Below, piece after piece: positions 25,965 through 32,000 of a DNA stretch of 32,000 nt. The position numbers and the translations under genes were made by a program. Positions within the stretch are counted from its first letter, which is position 1, and each line of letters begins with the position of its first letter. Below the pieces are notes generated by a model. That model had not been told where the DNA came from. It ran no database searches and worked only from the letters and a program-made list of their open reading frames with translations. The stretch spans positions 90,001 to 122,000 of the forward strand of contig NC_014833.1 of assembly GCF_000179635.2 (NCBI RefSeq). The letters are read 5' to 3'. Origin of the DNA: Ruminococcus albus 7 = DSM 20455. GTDB lineage: Bacteria > Bacillota > Clostridia > Oscillospirales > Ruminococcaceae.

Positions 25965-26327
25965 TACATATAGTATATTTTTGTAGATTTGCACAAAACT
26001 AGGTTTGCACATGACATGAAAATTGTGTTAGTATGTGTCTGTTATTTTATGAAAATTTATGCTATAATGAATGTAATTAGTATATGTGACAAAAATCATC
26101 TGTTGTTGACTTTGTGTTTATTCTTTGAATTTTTTTAAATATCGCGCTAGAAATTTATTGAATATTCATTAAAAATTAACTGCCAGTTCACAAAAGTTGA
26201 TTGTAAATTTGTTATACTGTAATTACTAATTTAATATTTAATTTAATTCTGTTGTCTGTAAAAAGACTACATTATATTAAGCGCTGCAGTCCGGGTCGTG
26301 ACTGAGCCAATGAAAGGAAGATGAAAT

Positions 26328-27032
26328 ATGTCACTGGGAAGAGTCTTGGTAGTTGATGATGATAAGAATATCTGTGAGCTGCTGCGTCTTTATCTTGAAA
26401 AGGACGGATATGGCGTTATCCTGGCTCATGACGGCGAGGAAGCGGTCGTAAAATTCAATGCACTGAAGCCTGATATCATACTGCTTGATATCATGCTGCC
26501 TGGCATCGACGGCTGGCAGGTCTGCCGAGAGATCAGAAAGAAGTCCAACGTACCGATAATCATGATAACTGCAAAGGTCGAGACATTTGATAAGGTGCTC
26601 GGTCTTGAGCTTGGTGCGGATGATTATATCGTCAAGCCCTTTGATACCAAGGAAGTTATCGCGAGAATCAAGGCTGTTTACAGAAGAGTCGGTCAGTCCT
26701 CTGCAGAGAGTGAGATCAAGGAAGTCAAGTATGACAAGCTCTCTGTAAATATGACAAGATATGAGCTGAGAGTAAACGGTCAGGTAATGGATACTCCCCC
26801 GAAGGAGCTGGAACTGCTGTTCCATCTGGCATCGAACCCCAACAGAGTTTATACCAGAGATCAGCTTCTTGACGAGGTATGGGGTTTTGAGTACTATGGT
26901 GACTCAAGAACTATCGACGTTCATGTTAAAAGACTTCGTGAAAAGCTCGAGGGCGTTTCCGATAAGTGGGCACTGAAAACTGTTTGGGGCGTAGGCTACA
27001 AGTTTGAAGTATCCGAAAACAACAATGAATAA
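26328..27032 (+). CDS. OmpR/PhoB-family response regulator
   Basis: The receiver domain has VLVVDDD, LLDIMLPGIDG and ITAK..KV.GLELGADDYIVKPF. The winged-helix output domain has VWGFEYYGDSRTIDVHVKRLREKLE. SD is AAGGAAG. Confidence 0.93.
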   Translation: MSLGRVLVVDDDKNICELLRLYLEKDGYGVILAHDGEEAVVKFNALKPDIILLDIMLPGIDGWQVCREIRKKSNVPIIMITAKVETFDKVLGLELGADDYIVKPFDTKEVIARIKAVYRRVGQSSAESEIKEVKYDKLSVNMTRYELRVNGQVMDTPPKELELLFHLASNPNRVYTRDQLLDEVWGFEYYGDSRTIDVHVKRLREKLEGVSDKWALKTVWGVGYKFEVSENNNE

Positions 27033-28437
27033 CGGCAAAAGTATATTTACAAGGTACTTTGCGATTTGCTCAGCAGTAATACTGATAAGCTTTTGTTGCT
27101 TAGGAACAGTATTACTGCTTGTTTCTTCAAGGTACTTCTTAGATGAAAAAAAGAGCCTCATGCTGAAAGATGCCAGGGCTCTTGCTTCATATACGCAGGA
27201 AAAAATGCTGGCGCAGCCTGACGTGTGGCGCGAAGATGTTGTGGCGGAGATGAAGACCTATGCCATAGGCAGTAATTCGGATTATCTGCTTTGCGGTGAT
27301 GACGGCTATGTGGTTGCGGCGACGAGCGGCGATGTTGAGGATATAGATCCTGAACTGCTGCAAAAGTTCGACGGCAATACTACCTATTCATACGATGACC
27401 TTAAAGGGGCGCTGAAAGAGGTATGTCATATCACCGGTGATTCATTCACGGCTAACGGTCCGAGGTACTATGTGCTGGCGTATTCTCCTAAATCGGAGCA
27501 GGATAACTATACAAAGAACATCATGGAGATATTCATGATCAGTGCAATAGCTGTGCTGTTGGTTGTGATGTTCCTGGTGTATTTTGCTACGCTGAAGCTT
27601 ACCGCACCTATAACGGAGGTCGCTGATATAGCTAAAAAGCTGGGAAGCGGCGATTTCTCGGTAACGCTGCCAGAGTATACCACCAAGGAGTTCAATGAGC
27701 TTTCCATAGCCTTCAATGAGATGGCGGCTAACCTGAAAAGCTACGATACCATGCGAAACAGCTTTCTTGCCAATGTTTCACACGAACTGAGAACACCTAT
27801 GACTTCCATAGGCGGCTTCGTGGACGGTTTGCTCGACGGTACGATACCCAAGGCAAAACAGGGATATTATCTCAGGATAATCTCATCTGAGGTAGCAAGA
27901 CTTACCCGTCTAGTAAAGAGTATGCTGAACCTTGCAAAAATAGAAGCGGGTGAGCTTGAACCGAACAAGACTACCTTCCCTGTTACCGAGCCCATACTCG
28001 ATACGCTTCTGACATTTGAACCAAGGATAGATGAGAAAAACATCGAGATCCGCGGTCTTGATGTGCAGAGGATAAGTATGTATGCTGATATCGATCTTAT
28101 CCATCAGGTGATGTATAACCTTATCGAGAATGCTATAAAGTTTGTGAATGACGGTGGATATATAGAGTTCTCCTTCGATGAGGGAGAGGACGTTACTTCC
28201 GTTTCAATTCGCAACAGCGGTGAGGGCCTTGCTGAGGATGAGCTCCCTCTGGTATTCGACAGATTCTATAAGACCGATAAATCCAGAGGTATATACGCTC
28301 AGGGACTTGGTCTGGGGCTTAATATAGCACGCTCCATAGTCGAGATACACGGCGGCAAGATAATGGTCAAAAGCCTTAAAGGTGAGTATACCGAATTCAC
28401 ATTTACTATACCAAAGGCCGCTAAAACTGAAGAATGA
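27025..28437 (+). CDS. Sensor histidine kinase (2 TM, HAMP, HisKA, HATPase_c)
   Basis: H-box FLANVSHELRTPMTSI, N-box NLIENAIKF and G-boxes RNSGEGL / GLGLGLNIA. ATG 27025 (MNNGKS) overlaps the regulator stop by 8 nt. The track ORF starts at TTG 27004. Confidence 0.9.
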   Translation: MNNGKSIFTRYFAICSAVILISFCCLGTVLLLVSSRYFLDEKKSLMLKDARALASYTQEKMLAQPDVWREDVVAEMKTYAIGSNSDYLLCGDDGYVVAATSGDVEDIDPELLQKFDGNTTYSYDDLKGALKEVCHITGDSFTANGPRYYVLAYSPKSEQDNYTKNIMEIFMISAIAVLLVVMFLVYFATLKLTAPITEVADIAKKLGSGDFSVTLPEYTTKEFNELSIAFNEMAANLKSYDTMRNSFLANVSHELRTPMTSIGGFVDGLLDGTIPKAKQGYYLRIISSEVARLTRLVKSMLNLAKIEAGELEPNKTTFPVTEPILDTLLTFEPRIDEKNIEIRGLDVQRISMYADIDLIHQVMYNLIENAIKFVNDGGYIEFSFDEGEDVTSVSIRNSGEGLAEDELPLVFDRFYKTDKSRGIYAQGLGLGLNIARSIVEIHGGKIMVKSLKGEYTEFTFTIPKAAKTEE

Positions 28438-28445
28438 TGAACGTC

Positions 28446-28479
28446 GGGGGACTGCTGTTCGCGGCAGTTCCCTTTTTTT
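28446..28479 (+). terminator. Intrinsic terminator between the kinase and htrA
   Basis: GGGGACTGC-8 nt loop-GCAGTTCCC (9 bp, one G.U) followed by TTTTTTT. Only 26 nt separate it from the htrA start. Confidence 0.78.
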
Positions 28480-28505
28480 ACAACGGATAAAGAGGTGATA
28501 CCCTG

Positions 28506-29867
28506 ATGGATATTGAAAATGAGAACACCCGCGGTGAGAATGAAGCTGCTGAGGATATTACAGATGCCGCTGAAAAGCTGGCAAAGGATTCTTCAAACAG
28601 CTGGGATTACAGCAGGAGATTTTTTGCTATGCCTGAAGGTTCGGTAGAAAATGATGAGATAGTTGACGGAGATTTCTGGAAAGGCATAACCCTTCCTGCT
28701 ATTGACGAAAAACCGCGCAAAAAAGGGTTCATAAAGCGTCTTGTGCTGCATATACTGTTCGCTGTGATATTTCTGGGTTCAGGTTTTGTTCTCGCGTGCA
28801 TAAGCGTAAGAGGAAAAGGCGTGTTTTCAAACCTTGTTACAGGCGGAAAGCACATGACATTCAATGTAAAGGTATCTGACAGACCTGAGGCTCCCGATGA
28901 ACTGAAGGACGATTCCGGCAGGTATACCGCACAGGGTATTGCTGAGGTCTGCTCGCCTTCGGTAGTATCCCTTGATGTATTCACCGATAAAAGCGAGATA
29001 ATGCCTGCGGGAAAGGGCAGCGGTATCATACTCAGTACCGATGGTTATATCGTTTCTAATGCCCATGTTGTAGATAAGGCTAAATACGGTATAAAAGCAG
29101 TGCTGAGTGACGGTAGGGAGTATGCCGCTGAGGTCATAGGCTCCGATCCGCGGACGGATATCGCGGTTATAAAGATACCTGCCACAGATCTTATCCCTGC
29201 AGAACTTTGCGACTCCGATCAGGTAAAGCTTGGTGAGGATGTAGTCTGCATAGGCACGCCTGCGGGTTACAGACACTCTATAACCAAAGGAGTTGTATCG
29301 GGTACTGACAGAAGAGTAGTCCCCGAAAATTCCAACAGGAGCGTCAGCTGTATACAGGTGGATGCAGCCATAAACCCCGGAAACTCAGGGGGCGCTATGT
29401 TCAATATGTGGGGTCAGGTCATAGGTATAACCTCATCAAAGCTGGCATCTATAGACTATGAGGGCATAGGCTTTGCCATAGCAACAAACGAGGCAAAGTC
29501 TGTTATAGAAGAACTTATCGAGTACGGTGCAGTCAAAGGCAAGGCGCGTATGGGTATCATGTTTATTCAGATATCCAAAGCTACAGCCGAGCTTACAGGC
29601 TCCACTCCGGGACTCAGTGTTCAGTCGATAGCTTCCGACTGCGATGTGGCAAATACCGACCTCCGACCCGGTGACCTCATAACCCATATCAACGGTACTG
29701 ATGTCAATGATATCGAGGACGTTCCCGCATTTGTTAGAAAAATGGAACCCGGTGATGAAGTGACCTGCCATGTAGTCAGACTGACCGACGGCAAAAATAA
29801 AGAATTCGATATCAGTTTCAAACTGATGGACGACAGAGGCTCTCTCGCCGAGGATACCGACGAATAA
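28506..29867 (+). CDS. htrA: Membrane-anchored HtrA/DegP-family serine protease with a PDZ domain
   Basis: TM at about residue 85. Trypsin-like triad context: SNAHVV, TDIAVIK and NPGNSGGAMFN. The C-terminal PDZ region contains LRPGDLITHINGTDV. SD is AAAGAGGTGA. Confidence 0.93.
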   Translation: MDIENENTRGENEAAEDITDAAEKLAKDSSNSWDYSRRFFAMPEGSVENDEIVDGDFWKGITLPAIDEKPRKKGFIKRLVLHILFAVIFLGSGFVLACISVRGKGVFSNLVTGGKHMTFNVKVSDRPEAPDELKDDSGRYTAQGIAEVCSPSVVSLDVFTDKSEIMPAGKGSGIILSTDGYIVSNAHVVDKAKYGIKAVLSDGREYAAEVIGSDPRTDIAVIKIPATDLIPAELCDSDQVKLGEDVVCIGTPAGYRHSITKGVVSGTDRRVVPENSNRSVSCIQVDAAINPGNSGGAMFNMWGQVIGITSSKLASIDYEGIGFAIATNEAKSVIEELIEYGAVKGKARMGIMFIQISKATAELTGSTPGLSVQSIASDCDVANTDLRPGDLITHINGTDVNDIEDVPAFVRKMEPGDEVTCHVVRLTDGKNKEFDISFKLMDDRGSLAEDTDE

Positions 29868-29884
29868 AACAATACACTTGATTT

Positions 29885-29933
29885 GACAGGGAGTAGTTAT
29901 GTTTGCTAACGCAGCTACCCCTGTCTTTTTCTT
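29885..29933 (+). terminator. htrA terminator
   Basis: GACAGGG(a)GTAG...CTACCCCTGTC long stem followed by TTTTTCTTT. Confidence 0.8.
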
Positions 29934-29969
29934 TATAAAAATCTACCCCTGCTCAAAAGAGTTAAAAGT

Positions 29970-29987
29970 CTGTTTGGATCCAAACAG
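29970..29987 (-). terminator. Perfect 18-bp palindrome, probable terminator of the CE2-like esterase gene
   Basis: CTGTTTGGATCCAAACAG, followed on the minus strand by ACTTTTAAC. Confidence 0.55.
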
Positions 29988-29990
29988 GTT

Positions 29991-30026
29991 CGGGGGATAA
30001 CTTTTCTGAAGAAAAGCTATCCCCCG
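29991..30026. repeat. Long 15-bp interrupted hairpin
   Basis: CGGGGGATA-a-CTTTTC-tgaa-GAAAAG-c-TATCCCCCG. There is no U-run on either side. It lies between convergent genes. Confidence 0.8.
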
Positions 30027-30078
30027 ATAGGTAATATAAACTTCTATATGAGCACCCGCCGTGAGTACTGCCTTTTGA

Positions 30079-31161
30079 TCATTTCCAGATATCATCACCA
30101 AGGGATGATATGTAGGCTGTGAGTTCTTCTGCCATCTCATACTGTTCGGATATTCTGGGGTGGCCGGGTGTAGCCTTGCCTGTACGGGTGAACATGAAAT
30201 GCTTTATATGCTCGTCACCGAGTTCATTTGCTATCTCATCGATCGCCTTATCCCATTCGGGATCGTGACCTAGAACTGTGAGCAGGAGGACGAAATAAGC
30301 CTTGGGATATTTTACGCGCAGATCTTTGATGATAGTCTTATAGCCCTCTTTCCAGCGTGTACGGAAAGCCGCGTCTGTGATATCCGGATCACCGTCGGCT
30401 TCGTTGTGGCTGTCATTCTGTCCTACAGCGAATATGACCACGTTCGGGGTATATCTGCCGAAGTCCCACGGGGTATATCCTTTTTCGCCCTCGGGAAAAT
30501 AGCAAAGCTTGTTGTAGGCAGTTTCCATGCCGATGAAATCAGGGGAATGATACCAGCCTGTGTTATCAAATACAGATATTCCGCCCTGGGCTGTACAGTT
30601 CAGCTGCGCCCCGAGATTTCTGGCAGTTATAGCTGCATAGCTGTACCACGCATTATCGTAGATGCCGTTTTGTCCTTCGGGGTCTGTCTTGCCCTCGTAG
30701 CCGTGGGCTTCAACTACCGCGCCTGCTGATACGGAATCGCCGTACACTTCGATTTTCCTTTTTGGAAGAACAGGGGCATCGAGCACCTCGCCGTCAATAA
30801 TAAATCCCAGGAATTTGAAATAGTGGGAAGCATCCTGACGCTTGAAAAGCACTATCTCGTGCTCGGTGTCTTCAAGGGAGTCTGCAAGGGTTACACAGTA
30901 CTCTTTCTCCCATTCGCTTTCGTCACCGAAATCTACGCTGCACACCTTTCCGTCTATGACATACCCCAGTGACATTTTATTGAAAAAACGCCTGTTGTAT
31001 ATCACAGCACTGACACTTGTGCCTTTGAACCTCATGCGCACATTTGAACCTGCCCATATAAATACAGGCGCATTAGGATCGTCAAAGTCTATCCTGCCCA
31101 TATAGGACATTTTGTCTGTGGGACTGATAAGCTTTTTTTCTTCATTGATCTTTGTTTCCAT
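30079..31161 (-). CDS. SGNH hydrolase with an N-terminal beta-sandwich domain (carbohydrate esterase family 2-like acetyl esterase)
   Basis: The N-terminal roughly 130-aa jelly-roll-like region is followed by VYGDSVSAG (block I Ser), GQND, and a C-terminal GHP. This architecture is as in CE2 acetylxylan/glucomannan esterases. ATG 31161 (METKIN) has GGAGGG 7 nt upstream. Confidence 0.75.
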   Translation of the reverse strand: METKINEEKKLISPTDKMSYMGRIDFDDPNAPVFIWAGSNVRMRFKGTSVSAVIYNRRFFNKMSLGYVIDGKVCSVDFGDESEWEKEYCVTLADSLEDTEHEIVLFKRQDASHYFKFLGFIIDGEVLDAPVLPKRKIEVYGDSVSAGAVVEAHGYEGKTDPEGQNGIYDNAWYSYAAITARNLGAQLNCTAQGGISVFDNTGWYHSPDFIGMETAYNKLCYFPEGEKGYTPWDFGRYTPNVVIFAVGQNDSHNEADGDPDITDAAFRTRWKEGYKTIIKDLRVKYPKAYFVLLLTVLGHDPEWDKAIDEIANELGDEHIKHFMFTRTGKATPGHPRISEQYEMAEELTAYISSLGDDIWK

Positions 31162-31218
31162 AACCATACCCTCCATTTTTAACCTTATATCTTTCAGCGC
31201 TATTCACGCTGCTTCCTG

Positions 31219-31980
31219 CTACTTATGCCATACCACCACATCGCCCGAACTTTTTGCTATGCTTATATCTGCATCGGGGAATCTCTCTTTCAGCAGACCT
31301 TGCATATATTCGCAGAAGATATCCTCGGTGTAGAAATGCCCGGCATCGAATACCACAAGACCTGCGTTGTAAGCATCAACAAAGATATCGTGCTTCACGT
31401 CTCCCGTGATGTAGCCGTCACAGCCCTTGGAAAGCACTTCACCGAGAAAACTTCCGCCGCTGCCGGAACATACAGCTATCCTTTTCAGCAGACCGTCATT
31501 CGCCTTGTCATACCTCACCGTGGGACAGCCCAGTTTTTCCTTGCAGATATCAGCAAGAGCTTCGGCGGTAACACCTCTTTGTTCGCATATACAGCCCATT
31601 TTTGCACCGTTTTCCTCAGCTATGCAGTCGATAGGTGTAAGACCAAGTTTTTTGCAGAGTATATCATTCATCACAGCGCTGTCAAAATTTGTATGGGCTG
31701 AGATAACGCTGATATCGTTCCTGACAAGTACACCTACCACGCTGTCGGGATCGAGCTTTTTTATGCCGCGGAAGATCACGGGATGATGAGTAACGATAAG
31801 GTCAGCACCTGTATCTGCTGCCTCTCTTGCCACATCTATGGTACAGTCAAGGGATAAAAGTATCTTATCTGCCTTTCTGCCTTTATTGCCCACACAAAGT
31901 CCGCTGTTGTCGTAGCTTTCCTGCAATCGGAAAGGGGCTATTTCCTCGATGAATGCATATACTTCTCCTGCCGTATACAT
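31219..31980 (-). CDS. NIF3-family dinuclear metal centre protein (YqfO/GTP cyclohydrolase 1 type 2 homologue)
   Basis: ESYDNSGL, LIVTHHP, SAHTNFD and GDVKHD motifs of NIF3/YbgI proteins. AGGAGGA lies 6 nt upstream at the window edge. Confidence 0.9.
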   Translation of the reverse strand: MYTAGEVYAFIEEIAPFRLQESYDNSGLCVGNKGRKADKILLSLDCTIDVAREAADTGADLIVTHHPVIFRGIKKLDPDSVVGVLVRNDISVISAHTNFDSAVMNDILCKKLGLTPIDCIAEENGAKMGCICEQRGVTAEALADICKEKLGCPTVRYDKANDGLLKRIAVCSGSGGSFLGEVLSKGCDGYITGDVKHDIFVDAYNAGLVVFDAGHFYTEDIFCEYMQGLLKERFPDADISIAKSSGDVVVWHK

Positions 31981-32000
31981 AATGATCCTCCTGTCTGCTA

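Noticed and set aside
26016-26138. 40-codon ORF (MKIVLVCVCYF...) in the groES / response-regulator spacer
   Set aside because: It has no SD and extreme AT composition, and it overlaps candidate promoter elements. It is most likely a chance ORF.
29943-30140. 65-aa minus-strand ORF spanning the palindromes downstream of htrA
   Set aside because: It overlaps the 3' end of the esterase gene and consists largely of the two hairpin sequences, so it is not credible as coding.

Overview
This looks like a core chromosomal segment of a moderate-GC Firmicute. The class (Clostridia) and a Ruminococcus-like origin are inferences from the protein families, the CIRCE element and sigma-A type promoters, not a database match. 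I found no rRNA, tRNA, CRISPR array, transposase, integrase or recognisable defence genes.

Gene content, left to right:
- mnmG (cut by the window edge) and serS on the minus strand.
- A plus-strand divIC / yabR-like S1 / DUF4321 / lipoprotein / hypothetical operon.
- A monocistronic GH130 mannoside phosphorylase.
- proS.
- A long minus-strand envelope block, listed in transcription order: PncC/CinA, two tandem class B sortase paralogues, a SleB-type hydrolase with SH3b, a SpoIID/LytB protein, Maf and a DUF1851 immunity-like protein. A separate five-gene SGNH / DUF4358 / MBOAT / TIGR04076 / small membrane protein operon follows.
- thiI with a cysteine desulfurase.
- cdd.
- groES-groEL with a perfect CIRCE operator.
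- An OmpR-family response regulator, a histidine kinase and an HtrA protease.
- A CE2-like SGNH esterase and a NIF3-family protein.

Several ORF-track starts were moved to downstream ATGs that have proper Shine-Dalgarno spacing.

Nothing here resembles a new defence or mobile system. The items most worth a second look are:
1. Three perfect TGTWAH-N5-TGTWAH direct repeats (WalR/PhoP-type operator consensus). Two lie in the unexplained 370-bp spacer upstream of the pncC-sortase operon. One lies upstream of the GH130 gene.
2. The tandem sortase B paralogues, which share an aromatic C-terminal extension and have no substrate gene in view.
3. The MBOAT O-acylation module, which carries two uncharacterised accessory genes.
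4. Two orphan immunity-like genes embedded in housekeeping operons.

All homology calls come from reading the translated ORFs and recognising motifs. None was verified by search.
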